A stretch of 64,000 bases of DNA from Clostridia bacterium (lineage in GTDB: Bacteria > Bacillota > Clostridia > UBA1212 > DUPL01). Location of the stretch: positions 576,001 to 640,000 of the forward strand of contig JBMNIW010000012.1 in NCBI GenBank assembly GCA_050951325.1. The letters run 5' to 3'. This document shows positions 20,229 through 28,965 of the stretch, one piece after another; position 1 is the first letter of the stretch; each line of letters starts with the position of its first letter. A program made the translations under genes and the position numbers. A model generated the notes under the pieces. It worked only from the letters and a program-made list of their open reading frames with translations. It ran no database searches and had not been told where the DNA came from.

Positions 20229-21670
20229 AAAGAGCACTATTGATACTGACAGTTGTCTTGTTGGTGATTTTTGCAGGATGCACGAACAAGGAAAGTGAAC
20301 CAGGCAAATACATAACCGTAAACGGGGATATAGAAGGCGTCTCTGTAGAAGTGAACTTGAGTGATATTTCAAAAGAAGAGATAGCAATAAAGGATACACT
20401 TTACAAAGGGGTGCGTTTGTCAAAGGTTCTTGAGAAGGTTTCACTACTGGCACCTGTTGATAAGAGCTATGTAATGATAACAGCCATAGACGGAGTGTCT
20501 GCACTAATTGATGCGGAGACTGCCAACTTGTGTCATGTTGTCGAAGTAGAAGGAGTTTTGAACATAAAGGCTCCGGAACATCCGAGGGTTGTTGGTATCA
20601 AGCATGTTCTTGAGATTACAATAGTTGCCCATGAGGATGTGGAAATTTCTGATGAGAATTCTCTAAAAATTGTGGATCAAGAGGGTGACAGACGTATAAG
20701 TTTTGGAAACTGCAAGCTCCTTATGTTTGAGAAATCAGGTGAAAGTAGACAGAACGGAAATCTCGCTGTGAAGTATGTAAAGAAAGCGCCATTAAAGGCG
20801 GAAGAATTCATCGGCGATGATTTCGTACTTTACTTCGACAACTATGACATGCTGAAAGTGGATAGGGATTATGCAGGTGTTTTTGTTTGGGAAAATGGCA
20901 GAATATATTATGAAACGGACGAGAGGTACGATAGTCCTGTTACAGGTATTGTGACAGGCGTCGACACCGTTATATTCGATGCCTTTGACATGATGAAGAT
21001 ATTATTGGATAAGAATGAAATGGTTATGTTTATCCTGCCTGACGGGTTGTCTTACGAGCAGGTGGAATATTACAAGGATAACCTTACAATATTATCAGGC
21101 AATTACAAAAAAGCAGCCAGCGTGAACCCAGCCATATCAAATGTGGCTTTGGCAGCAATAATTACCGGACAATCACCTTTTGCAACAGGCATAACAAAGA
21201 GGGAAGTAAAAGCTCCTAACGTAAAGGACATTTTTGAATACGTTGTCAGTAAAGGGAAAACGGCATCATATATTGAAGGGAATTCAGTATTGGTTGTAAC
21301 CTCGGAAAAGCCAAAACTGAATGTAGCCAACTCGGAAGGATATACTGATAAAGGCGTATTTGAAACAGCCATGTATGAACTGGGCAAAAATCCTGATTTT
21401 TTATTCATACATTTCCACGGCATTGATGATGTAAATCACGAGTACTCTCCTTTGTCAGAGGAAGCCAAGCAGAAGATATATGAAATAGAAGGATATATTA
21501 AAGAGCTGGTTAAAAACTTTTATGGGCATGTGATAATTGTGCCTGACCATGGAGCAGTGACTATAGAAGACACGGATGGGACAAAAAGAGGAAAACACAG
21601 CTTGTTCAAGTATGGAGACATGTATGTGCCCTTCTACTATTTTGAAAGGGGTAGTTTGATTGAAGAATAG
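20225..21670 (+). CDS. Lipoprotein: degenerate SUOX-fold domain plus alkaline phosphatase/NPP-superfamily domain
   Basis: Lipobox IFAGC; YKGVRLSKVL..ITAIDG; ILPDGL, PAISNVALAAIITG, HFHGIDDVNH, VPDHG, GKH. Confidence 0.8.
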   Translation: MKRALLILTVVLLVIFAGCTNKESEPGKYITVNGDIEGVSVEVNLSDISKEEIAIKDTLYKGVRLSKVLEKVSLLAPVDKSYVMITAIDGVSALIDAETANLCHVVEVEGVLNIKAPEHPRVVGIKHVLEITIVAHEDVEISDENSLKIVDQEGDRRISFGNCKLLMFEKSGESRQNGNLAVKYVKKAPLKAEEFIGDDFVLYFDNYDMLKVDRDYAGVFVWENGRIYYETDERYDSPVTGIVTGVDTVIFDAFDMMKILLDKNEMVMFILPDGLSYEQVEYYKDNLTILSGNYKKAASVNPAISNVALAAIITGQSPFATGITKREVKAPNVKDIFEYVVSKGKTASYIEGNSVLVVTSEKPKLNVANSEGYTDKGVFETAMYELGKNPDFLFIHFHGIDDVNHEYSPLSEEAKQKIYEIEGYIKELVKNFYGHVIIVPDHGAVTIEDTDGTKRGKHSLFKYGDMYVPFYYFERGSLIEE

Positions 21671-22208
21671 GAATGTGCTTATTGCACTGGTTATATTGGT
21701 TGTACTTTCCATTCTGTTTGGTGTTATGCTGTTTGTCTTTATGAATGAAAACAAGAAAAACGTGGAGCAGTATGAAAAAAGGGAAATTGCAATTACCATC
21801 AATGGAGAGAGGGAAGTATATACCTTTGAAGAATTGATGGAGATAAGCCAGCCGGTTGATTTTAAGGCAATATACAAGCCTAGCAACAAGGAACCCATAG
21901 AAAAGACCTATACCGGAATAGAATTGAGGGACCTGCTTGAGAAGTTGGGGGCAGACTTGGAGAACATGAAACAGATTACATTTACTGCAAAAGACGGTTT
22001 TCAGAAAGTGTACCGGGCAGAGGATGTAAGGAAGGAAACCAATGTATTTATAACGCATTTGGTGAATGGAAAGCCTTTCAACGAAGGCATTGATGTGATG
22101 GCATATGAAAAGGAACAGGAAGATGGCGGACCTTTTGTGGTAATAAAGGCGGAAGACAAAGTAAGCCAGAACAGAGTAAAAATGCTTGTAGAGATTGTGG
22201 TGGAATGA
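21660..22208 (+). CDS. Membrane-anchored molybdopterin-binding (SUOX-fold) domain protein, no Cys
   Basis: N-terminal TM; YTFEEL..YTGIELRDLL..TAKDGF..VNGKPF..GGPFVVI..VKMLVEI. Confidence 0.78.
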   Translation: MKNRNVLIALVILVVLSILFGVMLFVFMNENKKNVEQYEKREIAITINGEREVYTFEELMEISQPVDFKAIYKPSNKEPIEKTYTGIELRDLLEKLGADLENMKQITFTAKDGFQKVYRAEDVRKETNVFITHLVNGKPFNEGIDVMAYEKEQEDGGPFVVIKAEDKVSQNRVKMLVEIVVE

Positions 22209-22870
22209 AACTTACAGTAGAAAATCTAACAGTAATGTTTAAAAACAGAATTATACTTGATAATGTATCATTACAAGTTGAAGCAGGAGAAATTGTTGCA
22301 GTAGTCGGACCAAATGGCAGTGGAAAATCCACACTTTGTACTGCAATTGCAGGTGTGTCTCAAAATTATGGACTGAGTACTGTTGGCAGAATAAGGATAG
22401 GTGACAAAGAGTTGTCCCAACTCAGTATTCATGAAAGATGCGCCTTGCTTGGTGTCATATTCCAGAATTCTGATAACTTTCTTTTTTCTCAATATGTTGA
22501 GGACGAGCTTCGGTTTGCTCCTGAAAATCTATGTGTTCCCAGGGCGGAAATTGAAACAAGAATAAAAGAAGCTTTGGATTTTACCGGTATTAGCTATTTA
22601 AGACATAGAAAAATTCAGGAGCTTTCGGGAGGGGAGAAGAAGCTGGTTTCAATTGCGTCTGTTTTAACCATGATGAGCAAATTCCTAATAGCGGATGAAA
22701 TAACTTCCGGAGTAGACGAGGACAGGAAGGTTCAGATACGGGAGATTCTAAGAAAACTAGCCAAAGACAATATTGGAATACTAATGATATCCCACAACAG
22801 AAACGATATTGAAATTGCTGACAGAATATATGTATTAAAGGATGGCAAATTGCATGATAGAACTGATTGA
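22205..22870 (+). CDS. ECF transporter ATPase (EcfA)
   Basis: GPNGSGKST, IFQN, VEDELRFAPENL, LSGGEKK, ADE, SH. Confidence 0.88.
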   Translation: MKLTVENLTVMFKNRIILDNVSLQVEAGEIVAVVGPNGSGKSTLCTAIAGVSQNYGLSTVGRIRIGDKELSQLSIHERCALLGVIFQNSDNFLFSQYVEDELRFAPENLCVPRAEIETRIKEALDFTGISYLRHRKIQELSGGEKKLVSIASVLTMMSKFLIADEITSGVDEDRKVQIREILRKLAKDNIGILMISHNRNDIEIADRIYVLKDGKLHDRTD

Positions 22871-23507
22871 CGTATCCTTTGCGTATAACAAGAACAACAT
22901 GGTTCTGAGAAATATTACATATACATTCAAAGAAGGTGTACTGTATGTTTTGGGCGGAAAAAACGGCTCAGGCAAAACCACAATGGGAAAACTAATGTGC
23001 GGCCTTGTAAAGACAAAACAAGGTATTGTCAAGGTAAGCGGAACCAATATATATAAAAAGACTGTTGGCGAGATATCAGAACATGTAGGGTATTTGTACC
23101 AGAATCCTGATTTGCAATTATTTGCACCGACCGTTTATGAAGAACTTGTTTTTCCTTATGAACTGAATGGAACACTGACTTATGAAATAAAAGAGAGGGC
23201 GGAAAAGCTGCTCCAGGTCTTCAAGCTTGAAGACAAAAAGGACACCTTTCCTCTGCTCATGTCCTTGGGAGAAAGACAGAGGCTTGCTCTTGCCACAATA
23301 ATGATGAGGGACACCAAATTCATTATATTTGATGAACCGACATCCTCCATTGATGCGGAATGCAAAGCAATGATACATGAATTTATATTAAGCTTTGTTG
23401 AAAATGGAGGAGGAGCTTTTATAATATCACATGATGAGGATTTCAATTTGAACGGAGTAAACGGCATGAATCTGAGGATGGAAGGTGGAATGCTGTATGA
23501 AAAGTAG
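22854..23507 (+). CDS. ECF transporter ATPase (EcfA')
   Basis: GKNGSGKTT, YQNPDLQLFAPTVYEEL, SLGERQR, FDEPT, SHD. Confidence 0.88.
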   Translation: MIELIDVSFAYNKNNMVLRNITYTFKEGVLYVLGGKNGSGKTTMGKLMCGLVKTKQGIVKVSGTNIYKKTVGEISEHVGYLYQNPDLQLFAPTVYEELVFPYELNGTLTYEIKERAEKLLQVFKLEDKKDTFPLLMSLGERQRLALATIMMRDTKFIIFDEPTSSIDAECKAMIHEFILSFVENGGGAFIISHDEDFNLNGVNGMNLRMEGGMLYEK

Positions 23508-24234
23508 ACTGGATCCAAGAATCACCATGTTGTTTATTGTACTGACATCCACACTGTCCGTCCTTGCCTCAAATGTATATTGGCTGCTGCTGGTCTTTTT
23601 ATTGACCCTGTTGTTAAACATTGTATTCAGATTAAATCCATTGAAGACTCTGTACAGAATGAGAAGGCTTGTGTCAATGATAATCTTCATAGCCTTTTTC
23701 CAAAGCCTCACAACTTCGGGAGGGAGACCAATTATTACTTTGCTCGGTGCAAATATTGTAACTTCCAAAGGACTTGTGGACAGCTTGTCTTTTGTACTCA
23801 GGATGGGCAACATAATGCTGGCCGTCATGCTCGGTACAAAACATGACAGTCGTGATATGATAGACGGACTTGCAAAACTCAAGATTCCTTATGAGCTGGC
23901 CTTTATGACAGGAATAGCACTCAAGTTTATTCCACTGTTTGGTCAGGAGTTTGCCGATAGAATAAAAGCCGTAAGTTTGAGAGGAATAAATATTAAGAAA
24001 CTCAAGCTGTCAAAAAAGATAAAAATCTATTCACACATTTTGGTGCCTGCAATTTCCGGCAGCATTATCAAGAGCAGGGATATTGCCTCATCCATGGAGA
24101 CAAGGGGATTCAGGGCGTATCCTGATAGAACCAATTTAAGAGTATTGAAACTAAAATTAGCAGACTATATCGCAATGATAATTGCATCATCAATATTTTT
24201 ACTAATCATATACTTTATGTTTGCAAGGAGGTAG
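23497..24234 (+). CDS. ECF transporter transmembrane component EcfT
   Basis: LDPR start, IPYE..IALKFIP, SLRG and METRGF coupling motifs. Confidence 0.9.
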   Translation: MKSRLDPRITMLFIVLTSTLSVLASNVYWLLLVFLLTLLLNIVFRLNPLKTLYRMRRLVSMIIFIAFFQSLTTSGGRPIITLLGANIVTSKGLVDSLSFVLRMGNIMLAVMLGTKHDSRDMIDGLAKLKIPYELAFMTGIALKFIPLFGQEFADRIKAVSLRGINIKKLKLSKKIKIYSHILVPAISGSIIKSRDIASSMETRGFRAYPDRTNLRVLKLKLADYIAMIIASSIFLLIIYFMFARR

Positions 24235-24236
24235 TT

Positions 24237-24977
24237 ATGAAAGTATTAACGGTAACGGGGCTTAGCGGAAGCGGAAAGACCACCGTAATAGAGAATTTGA
24301 TAAAAGAACTAAAAAGAAGAGGTTATTCCATAGGAAGTGTAAAGGAGATTCATTATGAGGCGTTTGCCATTGATACTCCTGGAAAGAACACCTACAGACA
24401 CAGACAAGCAGGAGCAGAAATTGTAACAGCAAGAGCTCACAATGAAACAGACATATTGTATCCCGGACACCTGCCGATTTACGAAGTGCTCTCCCACTAT
24501 AATCAGGACTATGTTTTGCTTGAAGGAGTAAGGGACTGTGTGGCTCCGGAGATTGCTGTTTGCAAGGAAGATGCTGAGCCTGAAATAACTCCTCTTACGT
24601 TTGCAGTAAGTGGAAGGTTTGCAAACACCGGTGTTACGGAGTACAAGGGTCTTCCTGTAATATCAGCAGTTGATGACATAGGAAGACTGGCAGACCTTGT
24701 CGAGGAAAAGGTTCCGAGTTTAATGCATGATATAGAGTATGAATGCTGTGGTGAATGCGGTACGGATTGTAGAGGATTTCTTGCAAGGCTTCTGAAGGGA
24801 GAGGTTGTCAGTTCCGATTGCGAACTGAGTCAAAGAGAAGTCAAGTTGATTATCGACGGTCAGGATATTGTAATGGTGCCTTTTGTTCAAAGGATACTGA
24901 AAAACGCAGTGGTGGGAGTTGTATCGGAACTTAATGGGTACAAGGAAGGAAAGAAGATAGTAATAGAGATAGAATGA
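24237..24977 (+). CDS. mobB: MobB-like P-loop protein with C-terminal FeS domain
   Basis: VTGLSGSGKTTVIENLIKEL..VKEIH..IDTPGKNTYRHRQAGA; CGECGTDC..C. Confidence 0.82.
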   Translation: MKVLTVTGLSGSGKTTVIENLIKELKRRGYSIGSVKEIHYEAFAIDTPGKNTYRHRQAGAEIVTARAHNETDILYPGHLPIYEVLSHYNQDYVLLEGVRDCVAPEIAVCKEDAEPEITPLTFAVSGRFANTGVTEYKGLPVISAVDDIGRLADLVEEKVPSLMHDIEYECCGECGTDCRGFLARLLKGEVVSSDCELSQREVKLIIDGQDIVMVPFVQRILKNAVVGVVSELNGYKEGKKIVIEIE

Positions 24978-25627
24978 TGGGCGAAATTATTAAGCGGTTC
25001 GAGAGCAAGAAAAACAGTGTTTTTCTAGTAAGTGTGGAAGGAATCATGCAAGTTGTAAAGGTGCATGAATCAGAGGAAAAAGCCTACTTTGAATCAGAGG
25101 TTTTAAAAAGGCTTTACTTGTATGCTAACGTACCAAAGGTTATTAAGGTAGAATCAAACAGGATCTACATGGAATACATAGAGGGAAAACTTGCTGTTGA
25201 CTACTTTCTCGAATGCGATACTGAAGAAGTAAAAGAACTGGCAAGACAGATGCTATCCTTTTGCCGGGTTTACTCAGACCAATTTGATAACTTCCGTTTG
25301 TCGGATACAAACTTCCGGAATTTTATCGTGGTTGAAATGGACGAAGAAATTGAATTGTACGGTGTTGATTTTGAGGAAAGGGAAGAAGGCACACTGATAA
25401 AAAGTGCAGCTGAACTGTGTGCTTTCTCGTTTTTGTATGATGTTGATGCTTATAAGAAGAAAACCTTTTACAATACAATTGCATCAAATTGCTCCGAGCA
25501 GGAAGTTGACTTTTTAAACGACTATATTTTTAATAGCTTGAATAAGCTTATTAAAAGACGCAGATTGAATTTAAATGTTAAAAGTGTCTTTGAAGAATTG
25601 GTAATTGGCAACGGGCATATGGTATAA
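24974..25627 (+). CDS. Small protein-kinase-fold phosphotransferase (Bud32/RIO/Kdo-kinase-like)
   Basis: VVK, helix-C Glu (FESE), VPKV, YMEYIEG, DTNFRN catalytic loop, VDFE. Confidence 0.72.
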   Translation: MMGEIIKRFESKKNSVFLVSVEGIMQVVKVHESEEKAYFESEVLKRLYLYANVPKVIKVESNRIYMEYIEGKLAVDYFLECDTEEVKELARQMLSFCRVYSDQFDNFRLSDTNFRNFIVVEMDEEIELYGVDFEEREEGTLIKSAAELCAFSFLYDVDAYKKKTFYNTIASNCSEQEVDFLNDYIFNSLNKLIKRRRLNLNVKSVFEELVIGNGHMV

Positions 25628-25673
25628 TATATAATCCATAGAGTTTGAATATGCGAAAAGGGAGTGAGATGGC

Positions 25674-26408
25674 ATGAAGGTAACACTCAAGGACAAGGTT
25701 GTAGTTGTAACTGGTGCGGGAGGCGGCATCGGCAGCGCCATCTGTGAGGGGGTGGCTAAAGAGGGTGCGAGGATTGCACTTTGCGGCGGCAACAACCTGG
25801 AAAAGCTGAATGCCTCAGCGGACATTATTAGGGAATACGGTGTTGACCCATATGTTCTTCCAGGTGATCTTGCCAACATGGATTTTCTGACAACTTGCAT
25901 TGACAAAATAGCACAGCATTTTGGCAGAATTGACATACTTATTAACAATGCCGGAATTGCACACAATGCTCCATTTGAAGAAACAAAAATGGAGGATTTT
26001 GACAGGATAATGAATATAAACGTAAAGGTGCCTTTTGTTTTATGCCAGAAGGTGCTTCCATATTTGCGTGAATCGAATCATGCTACAATTATCAACATTG
26101 CATCTGTTGTTGCCCACAAAGGGTATGTAAATCAGGCAATATACACTGCATCCAAGCATGCCCTGCACGGGTTTACAAAATCGCTTGCAAACGAGGTCTA
26201 TGCTGAAAATATTAGAGTTCATACTGTTTGTCCGGGTGGAGTATTTACCGATATGGTTAAGGTAACACGTCCGGATCTGACTGGTGAGGATATGATTATG
26301 CCTGAAGAGATTGCGGATATTGTCCTATTCCTCCTTACAAGAAGAGGCAATGCTGTCATTGACGATATCTGCGTGCGGAGAGCTGCAAAAAATCCATTTG
26401 ATGTATGA
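25674..26408 (+). CDS. SDR family NAD(P)-dependent oxidoreductase
   Basis: TGAGGGIG, NNAG, YTASK. Confidence 0.92.
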   Translation: MKVTLKDKVVVVTGAGGGIGSAICEGVAKEGARIALCGGNNLEKLNASADIIREYGVDPYVLPGDLANMDFLTTCIDKIAQHFGRIDILINNAGIAHNAPFEETKMEDFDRIMNINVKVPFVLCQKVLPYLRESNHATIINIASVVAHKGYVNQAIYTASKHALHGFTKSLANEVYAENIRVHTVCPGGVFTDMVKVTRPDLTGEDMIMPEEIADIVLFLLTRRGNAVIDDICVRRAAKNPFDV

Positions 26409-26410
26409 AA

Positions 26411-26448
26411 AAAAGAGGAAAAAACCATAATGGAGTTTTTTCCTCTTT
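26411..26448. terminator. Bidirectional terminator between convergent genes
   Basis: AAAGAGGAAAAAA...TTTTTTCCTCTTT inverted repeat. Confidence 0.7.
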
Positions 26449-26452
26449 GCTT

Positions 26453-26704
26453 TTATCCCGCAATTATGACAGGAAATATTTTTATCCTGTCGCCATCTTT
26501 AATCGGATCGTTCCAGTTGTGTTTGACACTGTTTATGGTTGCAAATCCAACTTCTTCATCAGGAATGTTCAATAACGAAACAAGTTCATCCAATAGGATT
26601 TCATCTCTTCCGTCAATTGAGAGTTCAAAACTGTTCTCGTCGTCCTTGAACCTTTCCTTGTTGTACTTTTTCAATGTGTGAAACAGCTCAACAGTTATAA
26701 CCAT
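26453..26704 (-). CDS. MoaD/ThiS family ubiquitin-like sulfur carrier
   Basis: Beta-grasp pattern ending IKDGDRIKIFPVIIAG; downstream of the AOR-family gene. Confidence 0.8.
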   Translation of the reverse strand: MVITVELFHTLKKYNKERFKDDENSFELSIDGRDEILLDELVSLLNIPDEEVGFATINSVKHNWNDPIKDGDRIKIFPVIIAG

Positions 26705-26705
26705 C

Positions 26706-28484
26706 TTAGACAAACTCCTTTATTGACTCATCTTCTTCAGCCAAAATTTCCTCGCAACGCCTTGCATATTCTTCTGCAATCTCGTTTGCCATATACTGAT
26801 CAAGTTTGCCTGTTGTTGTTGGTGTTTCAAAAAATCTCTTGGGAAGCTTTACATCCTGTATTGCAAAGCCCAAGGATTTCTTAATCTCTAGCTTTGTTCT
26901 CAGGATACGCTTTGCAATATCTGTCAGTGTTTCGTCAGTATAGTCAAGCCCAACGCATTTAAGGACCATCCTGATATTTTCCCTGCTGTATACTTTACGT
27001 GCAAACAGGCATATGATTAAAGAATTCAGCAGGCAGCGCTCGATTTCCTCGCTAATAAGGTAGTCTACGAGTTTTTCCTTGTCAAGCTCCTTGTCCCTGT
27101 TGGACTGGTCATATGAATAGCCTGCATTACAGAGGTGAGAATGTCTTGCGCCTACCAATGCGCCTACAAGAGAGCCGTAGCCCGTGTGGTAACCAGGCAT
27201 TTCGTTACCAGCAATCTGCATGCCAAAATCATAACCGCCATACTTCTTGGCTACGTGTTTTACTCCCTTGCCCATATCGGTATAGAGCTGATTGACACCT
27301 TGTGCAATGTAGTCGACAGCTTTAGCAAGGTTTACATAATCGCCCATCTTCAAAGGCAGAATGGTTTGCTCTTCTGTAATGATGCCCCTTTCAAGAGCTT
27401 CACAAGCCCATCCCAGAACAACACCGCAGGACATGGCGTCAAGCCCGTTTCTTTCAACAGCATCGATAACGTATAAAACTCCATCCGTATTATCAACACC
27501 AAGGAATGAGCCAAGTGCATAAATTAGTTCGTAGTCGTATCCGACCGAAATCGCTTCGTACTCATAGCCGTGGTCAAATTCACGTCTGAACTGTCCTATG
27601 TGTATGCATCCAACAGGACATCCTGTGCATGCCATTTTTCTAATCAGGTTGTTCTTCGCAAAGGCCTCTCCTGAAATATTTTCAGCATGCTCAAAAGTTC
27701 CAGAGGTAAGGTTTCGGGTCGGAAGACCTCCCATGGCGCTCAATGGCTCTACGTTTATGGGAGTGCCGGCATCATGATATTTTGCCATTACTTCTGTTTC
27801 GGTTACCTGTTTGTACAGTTTGGAGTAGGTCTTGAAATAGTCCTTGAAATTGGGTATTGGCATGGGAAGATCGCCTGTAACCTGCATTGCTTTCATAAGC
27901 TTGCTGCCAAAAACGGCACCCAGGCCCAGTCTTCCAAAATGTCTGTATGTGTCAACGCAAACACTTGCATAGGAGCACAGATTTTCACCTGCAGGACCTA
28001 TGCGGATGATGGAACGCTTTCCGCTTCCATGCTCCCTGTTTCTGATATATGAGCCTACCTTGTCGGAGTCCATTCCCCAAAAAGCGCGTGCGTCCTTTAT
28101 TTCCACTCCTGTTTGTGTAACTGTAACATAACAAGGTTTTTGAGATTTACCTGTAATTACTATGGCGTCATAGCCTGCATGCAGCATTGTGAAGGCGAGT
28201 CTGCCACCTGCATAGGACTCACCCAGTTCTCCTGTTAGAGGAGAAACAAACATGGCTACAGTCTTGGTTATGACTGGAAATACAGATGAAGCTGCGCCAA
28301 TTGCAAAAATTATAGGTTGATCCTCATGAAGGGGAGGCAAATCAGGATTCATGTTTTCCTGTAGGAGTTTTGAGGCAACTCCCACACCTCCCAAATAGGC
28401 TCTAAGATCCTTTCTCTTGTCAACCCTTATGCGGCCTGTTGAGAGATTTATATTCAAAACTCTTATGTAATCTTTATAAAACAT
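26706..28484 (-). CDS. Tungsten-containing aldehyde:ferredoxin oxidoreductase family (WOR/AOR) large subunit
   Basis: YLGGVG, SPLTG..ESYAGG, GYDAIVITGK, IGPAGEN, GRLGLGAVFGSK, LPTRN, CTGCPVGC; GGAGG RBS before ATG 28484. Confidence 0.93.
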   Translation of the reverse strand: MFYKDYIRVLNINLSTGRIRVDKRKDLRAYLGGVGVASKLLQENMNPDLPPLHEDQPIIFAIGAASSVFPVITKTVAMFVSPLTGELGESYAGGRLAFTMLHAGYDAIVITGKSQKPCYVTVTQTGVEIKDARAFWGMDSDKVGSYIRNREHGSGKRSIIRIGPAGENLCSYASVCVDTYRHFGRLGLGAVFGSKLMKAMQVTGDLPMPIPNFKDYFKTYSKLYKQVTETEVMAKYHDAGTPINVEPLSAMGGLPTRNLTSGTFEHAENISGEAFAKNNLIRKMACTGCPVGCIHIGQFRREFDHGYEYEAISVGYDYELIYALGSFLGVDNTDGVLYVIDAVERNGLDAMSCGVVLGWACEALERGIITEEQTILPLKMGDYVNLAKAVDYIAQGVNQLYTDMGKGVKHVAKKYGGYDFGMQIAGNEMPGYHTGYGSLVGALVGARHSHLCNAGYSYDQSNRDKELDKEKLVDYLISEEIERCLLNSLIICLFARKVYSRENIRMVLKCVGLDYTDETLTDIAKRILRTKLEIKKSLGFAIQDVKLPKRFFETPTTTGKLDQYMANEIAEEYARRCEEILAEEDESIKEFV

Positions 28485-28893
28485 CGTCGACTTCCTCCAT
28501 TGTAAGACATTGATGTGGACAGAATCTTGTGCAGGATCCACAGTGTTTGCAGATTATTGGCAAATTCTCTTCCTCGTCAAAAAACACCGCGCCAACTATG
28601 CAAGCATCAACACACTTTTTGCATCCGGTACACATATCCTTGTTAAGCAGGACACCGCCTCCTTTACGTTCAACCAACGCACCTGTAGGACAAGCTTCAA
28701 GACATGCTCTGTCATCCTTGCATGCGTGGCATACAGTTGCATAGAATCCGTGTTTCAAGCCTCCGTTTGTCTTTATTTTTATTGCACTTTTTGAAATGGA
28801 GAAGTTGTGTTTGTTGACAGCTGCACATACGGTCATGCATGAAAAGCAGCCAATGCACTTCCTCATTCCGTCTGTTCTAAGCGCTCTTGCCAC
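28474..28893 (-). CDS. 4Fe-4S dicluster ferredoxin-like small subunit of the WOR
   Basis: CIGCFSCMTVC, CHAC..CLEACP, CTGCKKCVDAC, CKHCGSCTRFCP; overlaps the large-subunit start. Confidence 0.92.
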   Translation of the reverse strand: MARALRTDGMRKCIGCFSCMTVCAAVNKHNFSISKSAIKIKTNGGLKHGFYATVCHACKDDRACLEACPTGALVERKGGGVLLNKDMCTGCKKCVDACIVGAVFFDEEENLPIICKHCGSCTRFCPHQCLTMEEVDDVL

Positions 28894-28965
28894 TTAAATG
28901 ACTTCCTTTCTAAAAAAATTGTACAGTATCTATCATATCATATATTTTATGTATTTCAATATACT

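Noticed and set aside
19662-24234. Labelling the ECF module a cobalt/nickel (Cbi/Nik) or tungstate (Tup/Wtp) transporter
   Set aside because: The S component lacks the CbiM/NikM N-terminal MH motif and no TupA/ModA-type binding protein is present
25674-26408. SDR as a definite member of the pterin salvage operon
   Set aside because: Separated by a gap with its own TGGTATAAT element and generic SDR motifs; linkage is possible but unsupported
28485-28541. Longer N-terminus of the AOR-family ORF from the ORF track
   Set aside because: Overlaps the ferredoxin gene; a GGAGG RBS supports ATG at 28484
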